A stretch of 33,237 nucleotides of DNA from an uncultured Gammaproteobacteria bacterium (lineage in GTDB: Bacteria; Patescibacteriota; Patescibacteriia; UBA9934), in NCBI GenBank assembly GCA_964491425.1, contig CAZBFR010000002.1:1-33237 (forward strand), read 5' to 3'. Shown in pieces: positions 7,469 to 17,286 of the stretch. The notes beneath the pieces are model-generated. The model saw only the letters and a program-made list of their open reading frames with translations, made no database searches and had not been told where the DNA came from. The number at the start of each line of letters is the position of its first letter. The stretch's first letter is position 1. Position numbers and translations under genes: made by a program.

Positions 7469-8807
7469 ACTTTCCATTAACCATTACCTCAAAGTGTAAG
7501 TGCGTTCCCGTTGATCGTCCCGTCGTTCCACAAAGTCCAACCGCCTCACCCTTTACGACCTGTTGCCCGGCAACAACGTAGCGTTTAGCGTGGTGCGCGT
7601 AACGCGTAACGAGGCCGTTTCCGTGATCTACTTCGACCGTTTCTCCGTAGCCATTACGCCAACCCGAATACTTTACAATACCGTCCGCCGCCGCATAGTT
7701 ATTATTCGTGTACCCGCAGTCAATGTCGATTCCGGTGTGACTCCATCCGAATTTTTGCGTAATAATCGTAAGATCCGTTGGCCAGGTCATTGTTCCAGAT
7801 CCGGTTACCTTTGGAGCGACAGGGGATGGGGTTACGGCCGAAGATCCTCCGCTTGTACTTGGTCGAGGAGCTGTAACAACCGTGACAATTGGCTTACCGC
7901 CCGGAACGATAAGCGTTTCTCCTACCGTAAGGGAGCCGGCGTCAGGTAGTCCGTTAAAACTTAGGATCTGTTCAGTCGTTCCTCCATAGTTTTTCGCAAT
8001 CTTTGAAACGGTATCTCCGTTTTTAACTTGGTGCGTAATTCCGTCAACCGGAAGAATCGTAAGGGTCGCCCCAACACGCACCACACAACTTGATCGAAGA
8101 TTATTTGCCCAAATAATTGTATTTACGTCGAGATTAAACTTCTCCGCGATTCCTCCACAAGTATCGCCCGGCTCAACAACATATGTTTCAATTTTTGTTC
8201 GAGGCGCGCTCGAATCGTCCGTTGAAGCGGTTGGAATCGCAATAACCGGGCTTCCGCCAACGATCGACGTTTGCTCCTTTGGAACAAAGACAGCGCCGGC
8301 GGCCGCGTCAAACGACGAGAACGCATAATCTTGGCGGTAGCGCACCGTATTTCGATCAAGTATCTCCACCTCGGTTAGAGCGCGTTCTTCAATAATCTCC
8401 GCCTTCTCTTCAGCGACGAGTTGATACATTAGGCTTCGCTCCCCAAACGTCTCCGCCTTAACGTCACTCGCTCCAATATTCATTAAAATAATCGCGCCAA
8501 CAAGCGTCGTTACAATTACGTGGATCACGTATCGGTGCGTTAAAAACACCATGATTTTGTTCTTAGCGGGACGCGCAATCCGTTGAAGCGACCGTCTAGC
8601 GCCCAAAAAGAGCCGATAAACAGGGACAAGGAGCGAAATGATTACCCCAAATAAAAGGGAGAATGGCCAAAGAAAAAATCGCGCAATTCGAGAAGCTCCC
8701 GGCTTAAGTACAAGCGACAACCGTAGAAGTCGAAGGAGGATCGAAATGGCGATGTATTTGATTTTTTGGATAATAGCGCGCGGTAGAACCGCTTGGTCAT
8801 TATACAA
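7440..8807 (-). CDS. Membrane-anchored LysM-domain M23 peptidase
   Basis: 455 aa with N-terminal TM segments and two LysM repeats (YVVEPGDTCGGIAEKF..., HQVKNGDTVSKIAKNY...). M23 motifs are HTGIDID and THLHFEV. Confidence 0.85.
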   Translation of the reverse strand: MYNDQAVLPRAIIQKIKYIAISILLRLLRLSLVLKPGASRIARFFLWPFSLLFGVIISLLVPVYRLFLGARRSLQRIARPAKNKIMVFLTHRYVIHVIVTTLVGAIILMNIGASDVKAETFGERSLMYQLVAEEKAEIIEERALTEVEILDRNTVRYRQDYAFSSFDAAAGAVFVPKEQTSIVGGSPVIAIPTASTDDSSAPRTKIETYVVEPGDTCGGIAEKFNLDVNTIIWANNLRSSCVVRVGATLTILPVDGITHQVKNGDTVSKIAKNYGGTTEQILSFNGLPDAGSLTVGETLIVPGGKPIVTVVTAPRPSTSGGSSAVTPSPVAPKVTGSGTMTWPTDLTIITQKFGWSHTGIDIDCGYTNNNYAAADGIVKYSGWRNGYGETVEVDHGNGLVTRYAHHAKRYVVAGQQVVKGEAVGLCGTTGRSTGTHLHFEVMVNGKFMNPLSYVR

Positions 8808-8892
8808 GGTGGGCGCGAATCGTCAAGGCAAAAATTGCACTTTTTTGCCAAAGTTAGCGTAAAGCTACCCGCCAAATACGACCCATTTGTGA

Positions 8893-8921
8893 TTGACAAG
8901 AGGGGTAAACCTCGCTACACT
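8893..8921 (+). promoter_or_regulatory. Putative promoter of tig
   Basis: TTGACA (8893-8898), 17-nt spacer, TACACT (8916-8921). Only 10 nt separate the -10 box from the ATG at 8932. Confidence 0.45.
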
Positions 8922-8931
8922 CGGGGCACCT

Positions 8932-10218
8932 ATGTCATATACCATTGAGAAGGAAAACAATACCGCGAAAATCACTCTTACGATCGAAACAGCGCTCGTT
9001 GAAGAGGGAATGAAGCGAGCGGCACAAAGAATGAGTGAGCAAAGCGCTATTCCGGGCTTCCGCCCAGGAAAGGCAACGTACGAGGCGGTCAAGCAACGCG
9101 TTGGAGAAATGGCGCTTCTTGAGGCCTCTGCCGAGGAGCTTATCCGCGCGGCATTTGTCGAGGCGATGCTTAAAGAGGACCTCGAGACCGTTGGTCAGCC
9201 ACATTTTCATACAGAAGTTCTCGCACCGGGTAACGATATTATCGTTACCGCGGAGGTTGCGCTCTACCCACACGTAATTAAACTCGCTGATTATAAATCA
9301 ATGACGGTTACGAAGGAGGATCCAAAAGCCACCCCAGAACTCATCGAGGGAGCAAAGCGCGATCTACAAATGATGCGCACAAAAGAAATCCGCAAAGAAA
9401 AGGGAAGTACGCTTGAAAAGGGAGATAAGACAGTTGTAAACCTTGTAATGAAGCAGGGTGGTGTCGTTCTCGAGGGAGGCGAAGGAAAAAACCACGGAAT
9501 TTACACGGGGGAAGCGCACTATATTCCAGGACTTGTAGAAAAACTCCTTGGAGCGAAAGAAGAAGAGGTCAAATCGTTCACCCTTCCATTCCCTGAAACG
9601 CACTACCAAAAGCACCTCGCTGGAAAAGATGTTGATTTTGATGTGACAATTAACGAAATCTACAAGCTCGAGGCTCCGGAAATTGACGACGCCTTCGCGA
9701 AAACGCTTGGGCTAAACACGGCAAAAGAACTTGAAGATAAAATCGCGGAAAACATTACTGCAGAACGCACGCACGACGAATCCCTTCGCCAAGATAAAGC
9801 GATTCTCGACGCTATTTCCGCGAAATCTACCTTCGAAGAAATTCCGGAACTTCTTGTCAATCAAGAATTGAACAAGATGGTGATGGAACTCGAGCACACG
9901 ATCAAAGATCGAGGAATGGAGCTCGACGAATATCTAAAGTCAATCGGAAAATCGATCTCCGAACTTAAGCTCGAATTTACAAAAGGTGCCCTCGAGCGCA
10001 TCAAAGCCTCCCTTGTTCTTAAGTCGATTATCGAGAGCGAAAAAATCACCGTAAGCGAAGAAACGCTCGACAAAGAACTTGATCGAATCGCAGAAGGATA
10101 TAAAGAAAACGCCGAAGTAAAGAAACAAATTTACTCTCCGGAATACCGCGCCTATATCGAAATGCAGTTGAAAAATAAGGCGGCACTCGAATACCTAAAG
10201 GGTATCATGGTCAAATAA
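8932..10218 (+). CDS. tig: Trigger factor
   Basis: An ORF starting MSYTIEKENNTAKITLTIE... with the ribosome-binding signature GFRPGKA. The length and domain order are typical of Tig. The upstream part of the ORF (8893-8931) overlaps the promoter. Confidence 0.9.
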   Translation: MSYTIEKENNTAKITLTIETALVEEGMKRAAQRMSEQSAIPGFRPGKATYEAVKQRVGEMALLEASAEELIRAAFVEAMLKEDLETVGQPHFHTEVLAPGNDIIVTAEVALYPHVIKLADYKSMTVTKEDPKATPELIEGAKRDLQMMRTKEIRKEKGSTLEKGDKTVVNLVMKQGGVVLEGGEGKNHGIYTGEAHYIPGLVEKLLGAKEEEVKSFTLPFPETHYQKHLAGKDVDFDVTINEIYKLEAPEIDDAFAKTLGLNTAKELEDKIAENITAERTHDESLRQDKAILDAISAKSTFEEIPELLVNQELNKMVMELEHTIKDRGMELDEYLKSIGKSISELKLEFTKGALERIKASLVLKSIIESEKITVSEETLDKELDRIAEGYKENAEVKKQIYSPEYRAYIEMQLKNKAALEYLKGIMVK

Positions 10219-10219
10219 T

Positions 10220-10480
10220 CTGATAATTACCGTTCACGCAAAACCAAAAAGCAATCGCACCCGTCTTCTTTCAATCGAAGAATCGGGTGCGTTTGTTATT
10301 GCGCTCCGTGCGCCCGCGGAACGCGGCCTTGCAAATAAGGAGCTCGTTCAGTTTCTTTCTAAAACACTGGGGATTCCTAAAACCTCAATCCATTTTCTCT
10401 ACGGGATGTCGGGAAAAACAAAGCACTTAAGTCTCCCGGACGAAACAAACCTCGAGGCGCTACGGGTGATCGATTCGTGA
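10220..10480 (+). CDS. DUF167 (YggU-like) protein with no canonical start codon
   Basis: The frame is open from 10199 to 10480. It reads LIITVHAKPKSNRTRLL...VIALRAPAERGLANKELVQFLSKTLGIPKTSIHFLYGMSGKTKHLSL, which fits the DUF167 pattern (ApP..GkAN.el..fL). The only possible starts at the N-terminus are CTG 10220, ATA 10223 and ATT 10226. The ORF track does not list this ORF. Confidence 0.65.
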   Translation: MIITVHAKPKSNRTRLLSIEESGAFVIALRAPAERGLANKELVQFLSKTLGIPKTSIHFLYGMSGKTKHLSLPDETNLEALRVIDS

Positions 10481-10699
10481 CGTTGCAAATGGATGACAAC
10501 GAAGAATCCGTCTACTTCCTCGAAAAATCCCAGAAATAACCCCGTACTTTAAAATTGCTTCGGCCGTATATTCGGAACAACTTGGATAAAATCGACAGGC
10601 GCCGAACGGGTAGAGGACCGAGAGAAGCCCGTGATCTGGCGATAGGGTCTTTTGGTAAAGGCGAATCGGGAGGACAACGAGCCGACGAAGGGCGTTCAT
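10460..10699 (-). CDS. yidD: Membrane protein insertion efficiency factor YidD
   Basis: 79 aa. YQKTLSP......CRFYPSCSEY......G...G......RILRCHPF is the YidD signature. The position downstream of rnpA is canonical. Confidence 0.9.
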   Translation of the reverse strand: MNALRRLVVLPIRLYQKTLSPDHGLLSVLYPFGACRFYPSCSEYTAEAILKYGVISGIFRGSRRILRCHPFATSRIDHP

Positions 10700-11037
10700 A
10701 GAAGCTTCGCGCGCGTTAAAAGACTCTCAATGCGCGATCGTTTCTCAGCAAAACTTAATTCAAGCGAAGGTCGCGAGACAAGAAGGAGAACGTCAACACC
10801 CGCCTTCGGCTCACGGATCATTTCCCTTACAATTTCTCGATACTGGCGTCGCAAGCGATTACGCTCTACGGCCCGTTTACTTACCTTTACGCCAACAATG
10901 AACGCAATCCGCATAGGATCACTATCTCCACGACGATACACCTTAACGCCAACCGCGGAATCGTAAACACTTTGGCCTTTTTTATAGGCGCGCTCAATAT
11001 CGGTTGTTTTACGAAGTCGGTGATTTGCGATTTTCAT
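10696..11037 (-). CDS. rnpA: Ribonuclease P protein component
   Basis: 113-aa basic protein (...SKRAVERNRLRRQYREIVR...). It sits between rpmH and yidD, and its stop overlaps the yidD start by 4 nt. Confidence 0.9.
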   Translation of the reverse strand: MKIANHRLRKTTDIERAYKKGQSVYDSAVGVKVYRRGDSDPMRIAFIVGVKVSKRAVERNRLRRQYREIVREMIREPKAGVDVLLLVSRPSLELSFAEKRSRIESLLTRAKLL

Positions 11038-11077
11038 ACCGCTAGAATAACAGAAAAAGAAGGGGTTGTCCCTTCTT

Positions 11078-11230
11078 TTATCTTGGCCGAGCCGACACGG
11101 TAAGACGCTTTCGTCCTTTCGCCCGTCGTCTCTTTAGGACAACGCGTCCTGTCGCTGATTTCATCCGCTTTCGGAATCCATGGACTTTTGCGCGTCGTCG
11201 CTTTTTCGGCTGATAAGTGCGCTTTGGCAT
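11078..11230 (-). CDS. rpmH: 50S ribosomal protein L34
   Basis: [50 protein letters not shown], starting at the ATG whose reverse complement is at 11228-11230. The longer 179-aa ORF in the track is an upstream read-through. Confidence 0.95.
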   Translation of the reverse strand: MPKRTYQPKKRRRAKVHGFRKRMKSATGRVVLKRRRAKGRKRLTVSARPR

Positions 11231-11243
11231 AAAATGTAGACTG

Positions 11244-11272
11244 ACTATAGCACTAGGGCCCTTTTCCGTCAA
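11244..11272 (-). promoter_or_regulatory. Putative rpmH promoter
   Basis: On the minus strand: TTGACG (11272-11267), 17-nt spacer, TATAGT (11249-11244). The start codon is 13 nt downstream of the -10 box. Confidence 0.5.
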
Positions 11273-11283
11273 CAAACCCCCGC

Positions 11284-11370
11284 TTGTCCACAGTTTAGTC
11301 GACTTATCCACAAAGTTATCCTCAAAATCCACACAAATGGCCGGCTTGTGAGCTGTGGATATGTGGTATA
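11284..11370. promoter_or_regulatory. DnaA-box cluster, the likely oriC DnaA-assembly region and dnaA autoregulatory region
   Basis: Boxes: TTGTCCACA 11284-11292; TTATCCACA 11304-11312 (perfect); TTATCCTCA 11316-11324; AAATCCACA 11325-11333; reverse-oriented ATATCCACA 11354-11362; a weak TATACCACA 11362-11370. The cluster lies in the divergent rpmH-dnaA spacer. Confidence 0.65.
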
Positions 11371-11419
11371 TGATGACCCCGTCGTCACTAATTTGGAGGG
11401 GATTCCCCGACTCATGCTT

Positions 11420-12850
11420 ATGAACACCCACGAACTGTGGCAAGCCGCCCTTGGCGAGCTTGAACTCAAACTTAGTAAGGCCCAATTCACTACTTGGTTT
11501 AGAAACACGTTCATCGCGAATGTGACCGATCAGGGATTTACCATCGCTGTTCCAAACACGTTCACGAAAACCTGGCTCGAGAAGAAATTCCATCGAGACA
11601 TCCTCCAAACACTCCAATCAATTACCGAGCAAACGATTCGTACACTCGAGTACCGTATCGAAACACGGCCAAGAGAGCCCGAGCCAGTCATTTTTGAAAA
11701 ACAACAACCGACCGAGAAACACGTCTACCTAGATATCCGCCCAGAACGAAGCGAAGAGACCGCTCAAGATCTCGGATTTACGAGCGAAAGCTTCGCGGGC
11801 TCCGAAGGAACGGGTTTTGATAAGGCTGGGGGACTTAACCGCCACTACGTATTTGATAATTACGTTGTCGGTAAACAAAACGAACTCGCACACGCGGCGT
11901 CCCAAGCCGTTGCCGCACAACCAGGAGGAACCTACAATCCACTTTTTATCTATGGAGGCGTAGGACTTGGAAAAACCCACCTCCTCCACGCCGTTGGAAA
12001 TGAAATCCTTCGAAGAAAACCGGGGAGCCGAGCTCTTTACGTAACGTGTGAAACGTTCACAAATGATTTTATTCAAGCAGTGCGCGGAGGAAAGGCAAAG
12101 GAATTCAAGGATCGCTACCGAAACGTAGACGTTCTTCTAATCGACGACATCCAGTTTATTACCGGAAAAGAAGGAACCCAAGAGGAGTTCTTTCACACCT
12201 TTAATGCTCTCCACCAAGAAAACAAACAAATCGTTATTTGCTCAGACCGCGCGCCAAAAGTCATTGCCGGCCTAGAAAAACGTCTTCTTTCGCGTCTTGA
12301 ATGGGGAATGCTTGTTGATATCGGCGCCCCAGACCTTGAAACACGAATCGCTATCCTCCACGCAAAGTGCCTTAACCGAGGAGTCCACTTCGAACGCGAA
12401 ATCCTCCACTATATTTGCGAGAACATCCAATCAAACGTCCGTGAACTCGAAGGAGCCTTGAATAAAATCATTGCCTGGCACCAATTTAAGAACCTCAAAG
12501 CGACGATTGATTCGATCAAACCCCTTATCGCAAGCTACGGATCGGATTCAATGAAGAAAACAATCTCTCCAAAGCAGATTATTATCACCGTTTCCGAGTA
12601 CTTCGATATCGACATGGACCACGTTCTAGGTAAAAGCAGAGAAAAGCGCCTCGCCTTCCCGCGACAAATTATTATGTATCTTCTTCGAGAAGAAATGAAG
12701 AGTTCCTACCCATCAATCGGTCAAGAACTTGGAGGACGTGACCACACAACAGCAATGCATGCCTACTCAAAGATTAAAGAGATGGTTGCGGAAAGCGAAA
12801 CCCTAAAACGAGACATCGAATTAATCAAACAAAAGCTCTACGCGACCTAG
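11420..12850 (+). CDS. dnaA: Chromosomal replication initiator protein DnaA
   Basis: [27 protein letters not shown]..., Walker [11 protein letters not shown], box VII, and the C-terminal DNA-binding signature ([12 protein letters not shown]). Alternative starts are 11414 and 11348. Confidence 0.95.
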   Translation: MNTHELWQAALGELELKLSKAQFTTWFRNTFIANVTDQGFTIAVPNTFTKTWLEKKFHRDILQTLQSITEQTIRTLEYRIETRPREPEPVIFEKQQPTEKHVYLDIRPERSEETAQDLGFTSESFAGSEGTGFDKAGGLNRHYVFDNYVVGKQNELAHAASQAVAAQPGGTYNPLFIYGGVGLGKTHLLHAVGNEILRRKPGSRALYVTCETFTNDFIQAVRGGKAKEFKDRYRNVDVLLIDDIQFITGKEGTQEEFFHTFNALHQENKQIVICSDRAPKVIAGLEKRLLSRLEWGMLVDIGAPDLETRIAILHAKCLNRGVHFEREILHYICENIQSNVRELEGALNKIIAWHQFKNLKATIDSIKPLIASYGSDSMKKTISPKQIIITVSEYFDIDMDHVLGKSREKRLAFPRQIIMYLLREEMKSSYPSIGQELGGRDHTTAMHAYSKIKEMVAESETLKRDIELIKQKLYAT

Positions 12851-13043
12851 GGATAACCCTGGGGGTAAGTAAGGGGACAAAGAGGGTAGATCAAGGAGGC
12901 TGAAAGCCCCTCAAAACTTCTCCCCAACTCGTACCACGGTCGACTACACCAAGAGCCCACAGGCCACGTCACGTAAAACCCACGTCCCGCAAGCTCCGTT
13001 CACGTTATCCCCTCCGTCCACACCCCTTACTGTTATTACTGTC

Positions 13044-13070
13044 TTATATATAAAATATTTAAAATAAAGA
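13044..13070. other. AT-rich tract, a candidate DNA unwinding element
   Basis: TTATATATAAAATATTTAAAATAAAGA lies immediately upstream of dnaN. Degenerate DnaA-box-like 9-mers precede it at 13005-13013 and 13014-22. Confidence 0.3.
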
Positions 13071-13073
13071 ACT

Positions 13074-14219
13074 GTGAAAGCATCCTGTACACAAGAGAAC
13101 TTACAAAGGGGGCTAGCAATCGTTTCAAGGGCAAGTACGAAAAACGTTAATCTTCCAATTCTCAATAATGTTTATATAGAAGCGGACGCCTCGGGAATTC
13201 AACTTGTTACAACAAACCTCGAGCTTGCCATTTCTTGTTCAATAAGAGGAAAGGTGGATCAGCAGGGAAGTTACACCGTTCCTTCAAAGCTTTTCTTTGA
13301 CGTTGTGTCACTCCTCCCAAACGACCGCGTCGATCTCGATCTCTATGACGATACGCTTTTTATCGCTTCTAAAAAAACGAAGACGAAGATGAAGGGAATG
13401 CCGTCCGCGGATTATCCGCTTGTTCCACCGGTTGAAGGTGGGGTTACATTTGGACTTTCTATTACGGCGCTCAAGGAGGCTCTCTCGCAGGTCATCTTCG
13501 CTTCTGCGACGAACGAGTCGCGTCCGGAGCTCGCGGGGGTTTATATCGCGTTTAATCACCTCGAGGAGGGCGAGGGGTCGGTAGTCTTTGCCGCGACAGA
13601 TAGCTATCGCCTAAGCGAAGTCGTTTCTCGCGTCTCGTCAGGTCCAAAGGAACCGATCTCGGTTATCGCGCCAAGTCGTACACTTGCCGAGGTGTTGCGG
13701 ATCATTTCCATGTACCAAGATGAACCGGACGCACCACCAACGGTTGACCTCCACCTCGGAGAAGGGCAGATGGTGTTTTCCTACGCGAATATCAAAGTTA
13801 CGAGTCGAACGATTGAAGGGCAATATCCAAATTATCGTCAAATCCTTCCAAAGGATAAGAAAACGGAAATTCTCCTTTCGAAGAAGGATTTTGCGCAGGC
13901 GATTAAGACCTCGAGTCTTTTTTCACGGAACGGACTAAACGACGTCGCGATTAAGATCCGAGAATCCCTCGACGGAATCGACTTGCAGGGGGCGGATGCA
14001 GCCCGCGGAGAGAATACGATTGGAATTGACGGACCTGTCGACGGCGAGGCAAAAAACATTGTTCTTAACTATCGCTACCTTCTCGACGGCGTGAATGCGA
14101 TTGATGCGGAGGAGCTTGTTCTTGGAGTCCTTGATAAAGATCGCCCTTGTACCCTCGTTCCTCGCGTTATGCCCGAAGACCGTCGTCAGATTTACTTGAT
14201 CATGCCTATTCGGCAATAA
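13074..14219 (+). CDS. dnaN: DNA polymerase III beta sliding clamp
   Basis: 381-aa ORF with a GTG start, immediately downstream of dnaA. It shows typical beta-clamp features (...ATDSYRLSE..., ...EGQYPNYRQILP...). Confidence 0.95.
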   Translation: MKASCTQENLQRGLAIVSRASTKNVNLPILNNVYIEADASGIQLVTTNLELAISCSIRGKVDQQGSYTVPSKLFFDVVSLLPNDRVDLDLYDDTLFIASKKTKTKMKGMPSADYPLVPPVEGGVTFGLSITALKEALSQVIFASATNESRPELAGVYIAFNHLEEGEGSVVFAATDSYRLSEVVSRVSSGPKEPISVIAPSRTLAEVLRIISMYQDEPDAPPTVDLHLGEGQMVFSYANIKVTSRTIEGQYPNYRQILPKDKKTEILLSKKDFAQAIKTSSLFSRNGLNDVAIKIRESLDGIDLQGADAARGENTIGIDGPVDGEAKNIVLNYRYLLDGVNAIDAEELVLGVLDKDRPCTLVPRVMPEDRRQIYLIMPIRQ

Positions 14220-14223
14220 AAAA

Positions 14224-14248
14224 GCCCCCGGTTCGGGGGTCTTTTTTT
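14224..14248. terminator. Bidirectional intrinsic terminator between dnaN and the PBP gene
   Basis: Stem CCCCCG (14225-14230) pairs with CGGGGG (14234-14239). An A-run lies on the left and a 7-T run (14242-14248) on the right. Confidence 0.6.
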
Positions 14249-17207
14249 ATTCTGCTGGAGGTGTTGGCGGGGCCTCCTCAAGGGGTTCCGGGACCGGCAC
14301 CGCGTCACGGACGATAACGCGAATTGGAGAACCGTCGATTCGTTGACCTTGTGGAGTGTAGCTCGCCGTCGAGAGAAGGTAGAGACCGACCGCGCTTGGC
14401 GTCCAAGGCACGCTAATGATTGGTGCGGGCTCCGAGGCCTGGTAGAGGTAGGTGCGCTCTCCGGTAGCATGGTTTGTAAGGATAAGGTTTACGGATGCGA
14501 CCCCGCTACTTTGCGGGCTTTCAATGATAATCATGTACGGATCTCCTCCACGTTCGATTACTTGGTTATCAAACGGGTTAGAGATTGTGTATGGAGGAAC
14601 AGCACCCGTTCCCTCGACGACACTTAACGTAACCGAATCCGTGTTTTTATTATCAACATCGTCGTAGGCGGTAACGGTGAGCGTGTGGACCCCTGCGGTA
14701 ACCCATGTTGGAAGCTCAAACGAGAAGTTTTCGGTAGGTTGTGAGGTTGTGACGAAAAGTCCGTCGATCGCGTACTCAAGGCGCGAGACTCCGCGAGGGG
14801 CGGAAGAGCGTGTTTCGATCGTAACGATACGTGCGACCGAGTCCCCGTTGCGAGGGGAGCGAATCGAAATGTCCGGGGTGTTTTGTGGGACGTGGACATC
14901 GTCGTATTCTGTAGGGATCTCACAAGTTTCCATTGGGGCCTCGCCTTCCTTGAGGTTTGCATTATGTTCGGCGATGTAGGTTTGCACACCCGCCTCCCAG
15001 TTCGCGTAGTAAGGGTGGTTCTCGGGGTTTTGAAGGGCTGGTCCCGTAGGGTTTGACGGGTTAATAAAGTGCAGTTCGTTGTGGTAGGTTCCGCAAACCT
15101 TTACCTCACGCATGTGCGCAGGCGTAAACTCGGTCGCAAGCTTTCCACTTACCGTATCGATCTCAACTTGTTGGCTTGGAAGAACGCCGTCAATCATTTG
15201 ATTACCCGTTGCCGGAATTTGCGGAGGGATAAAACTCTCAACGGGGGTTCCCGCGAGTGCGCGACGCATATATTCGTTCCAAATCGGCATCGCGACAGCG
15301 CCTCCTCCGGCGGAATTCTTCATAGGCTTACCGTCCGTATTTCCCGCCCAAACAACGGTTGCAAGCGACGGCGTATATCCCGCGGCCCAAGCGTCTTTAT
15401 TGTCATTTGTCGTTCCGGTTTTTGCAGCGACAGGGCGTCCCGGAAGCGTTAAGAGGTTTCCGGAGGCTCCGAAAATATATTGACGAGCGGCGTGGTCCGA
15501 TAGAACGTTACTTACCATTCTCGCGATATTTGGTTCAACGATCTTTTTTCCCTCAACTTCTTTCCACTCTTGCAAAACTTCACCCTTGGCATCCGTGACC
15601 TTGAGAATGGAAACTGGGGCAAACTGTACGCCGTCGTTAGCGAACGTCGCGTAGGTGTTTGCATGCTCAAGCGGAATAACGTTATTTGCCCCGAGGACAA
15701 ATGACAAACCAATACGTGAGCGATCTGTAAACGTTGTGTAGCCAAAGCGCTCGGCGAACGCAACGCCGTTTTCAATTCCGAGAAGCGCGAGCATCTTTAC
15801 CGCAGGAATGTTGAGCGATCCTTGGAGGGCTTTGCGAATCGAGATGGGCCCGAACTCACTTCGCGTAAAGTTTTGCGGGTTATACGGTCCGGTTGTTGAC
15901 GGGAATGTCGTTGGAGCGTCCCAAAGAATCGTATTTGGCGTGTAGCCTCGTTCAAAGCCTGCCGCGTAAAGAATCGGCTTCATACTCGATCCCGGCTGGA
16001 GGGCGCGAAGGGTTACGTTAACCTGACCGTCAATTTCATCGTCGAAGTAGTCGGCGGATCCGACCATTGAGAGGATATGACCATTATTTGGATCAATTGC
16101 GACAAGTCCAGCATTATTAAAGCCGTAGGCTTCACCCTTCGTCTCCTTGTTAGCCGTTACGACTTCCTGCGCGACAAGTTGTTTATCGTAATCAAGCGAC
16201 GTAATAACTTGAAGCCCGCCCTGCTCGACAAGTTTCTGTCCGTACTCGGTTTCGAGTTGTTCTTTAACCCAAAGAACGTAGTGCGGAGCAGTGATATTTC
16301 CAACGCGCGGTTTAAGCGTGATTTCCTTTAGTTTTGCCTCACCCGCCTCTTCTTCGGTTATGTAGCCGTGCTCAACCATCTTATCAAGGACCCGGTCACG
16401 ACGTGCCTTAAGGAGATCGGTGTTGTTGCTATAGGTTGTTGGTTTTTGGATAAGTGCGGCAAACATTGCGGATTCGTCGAGAGTAAGCTCCCACGCGTGT
16501 TTATCGAGGTATTTTTGTGAAGCGGTTTCAATTCCATAGTAGTTTGACCCGTAGCTCACCTCGTTAAAATACATCTGGAGGATTTCATCCTTGCTGTAGC
16601 GACGCTCGATCATAATCGAAAGAAGGATCTCCTTTACTTTTCGAGAAACACTACGCTTGTTGGTTAAGATGGCGTTTTTTACGAGCTGCTGTGTAAGGGT
16701 TGATCCACCTCCGCGGTTTCCAACAAAAATCACAGCACGTGCGATACTTGTGGGACGGATTCCTTGGTGGTCGCAAAATTTCCAATCCTCCATTGCGACA
16801 ATCGCTTGTAGCGCTTGGACGGGCACGCCCTCTGCATTAAGGGTGAGCTCCGGATCGTCGTTACAAAGCCCCCCTTGGAGTGGAAGAAGGGTACGGTTTT
16901 GTTCGTTAAACACCTCGTAGAGCAAATGCTCGCCCGTTCGGTCGTAGAGTTTTGTCGATTGTGGGATGTCTCGGATCGAAAGTTGGTTTGGATTTGGAAG
17001 ATCTTTTGCGTACCAGGCCATTAAGATCACAAGTGCCAAAAGTCCGAAGAGCCCGAGGGCGATGACCCCGAGGATAAGGTTGATATAGAAGGCTTTTCGG
17101 TCGGCGCCCTTTCGTTTTTTAAAAAGGACGAAGACGGCGCTTAAGAATTTGCTCGAAAAACGCTTGCCGTGGCGTTTAAAGGTGTGTTGGGAGGAGGGGT
17201 GTCTCAT
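14247..17207 (-). CDS. Class A penicillin-binding protein (transglycosylase/transpeptidase) with a C-terminal beta-rich extension
   Basis: A TM anchor is followed by GT51 motifs (EDWKF, GGSTLTQQL, RKVKE) and transpeptidase motifs (SSMKP, SLN, KTGTT). About 250 extra C-terminal residues follow. The start is taken at the ATG whose reverse complement is at 17205-17207; the track ORF begins at a TTG at 17237. Confidence 0.9.
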   Translation of the reverse strand: MRHPSSQHTFKRHGKRFSSKFLSAVFVLFKKRKGADRKAFYINLILGVIALGLFGLLALVILMAWYAKDLPNPNQLSIRDIPQSTKLYDRTGEHLLYEVFNEQNRTLLPLQGGLCNDDPELTLNAEGVPVQALQAIVAMEDWKFCDHQGIRPTSIARAVIFVGNRGGGSTLTQQLVKNAILTNKRSVSRKVKEILLSIMIERRYSKDEILQMYFNEVSYGSNYYGIETASQKYLDKHAWELTLDESAMFAALIQKPTTYSNNTDLLKARRDRVLDKMVEHGYITEEEAGEAKLKEITLKPRVGNITAPHYVLWVKEQLETEYGQKLVEQGGLQVITSLDYDKQLVAQEVVTANKETKGEAYGFNNAGLVAIDPNNGHILSMVGSADYFDDEIDGQVNVTLRALQPGSSMKPILYAAGFERGYTPNTILWDAPTTFPSTTGPYNPQNFTRSEFGPISIRKALQGSLNIPAVKMLALLGIENGVAFAERFGYTTFTDRSRIGLSFVLGANNVIPLEHANTYATFANDGVQFAPVSILKVTDAKGEVLQEWKEVEGKKIVEPNIARMVSNVLSDHAARQYIFGASGNLLTLPGRPVAAKTGTTNDNKDAWAAGYTPSLATVVWAGNTDGKPMKNSAGGGAVAMPIWNEYMRRALAGTPVESFIPPQIPATGNQMIDGVLPSQQVEIDTVSGKLATEFTPAHMREVKVCGTYHNELHFINPSNPTGPALQNPENHPYYANWEAGVQTYIAEHNANLKEGEAPMETCEIPTEYDDVHVPQNTPDISIRSPRNGDSVARIVTIETRSSAPRGVSRLEYAIDGLFVTTSQPTENFSFELPTWVTAGVHTLTVTAYDDVDNKNTDSVTLSVVEGTGAVPPYTISNPFDNQVIERGGDPYMIIIESPQSSGVASVNLILTNHATGERTYLYQASEPAPIISVPWTPSAVGLYLLSTASYTPQGQRIDGSPIRVIVRDAVPVPEPLEEAPPTPPAE

Positions 17208-17286
17208 AGATAAAATGAGTATAAGGATTTTTGACAAAAAAGACCATATTTGTTAACGTCATGGCTTCCCGAAAGGGAATTTTTTT

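Noticed and set aside
11231-11617. N-terminal extension of the rpmH ORF to 179 aa, and an 81-aa ORF at 11269-11514.
   Set aside because: L34 is a 50-aa protein that begins at [10 protein letters not shown]. The extension runs through the rpmH promoter, the DnaA-box cluster and the 5' end of dnaA.
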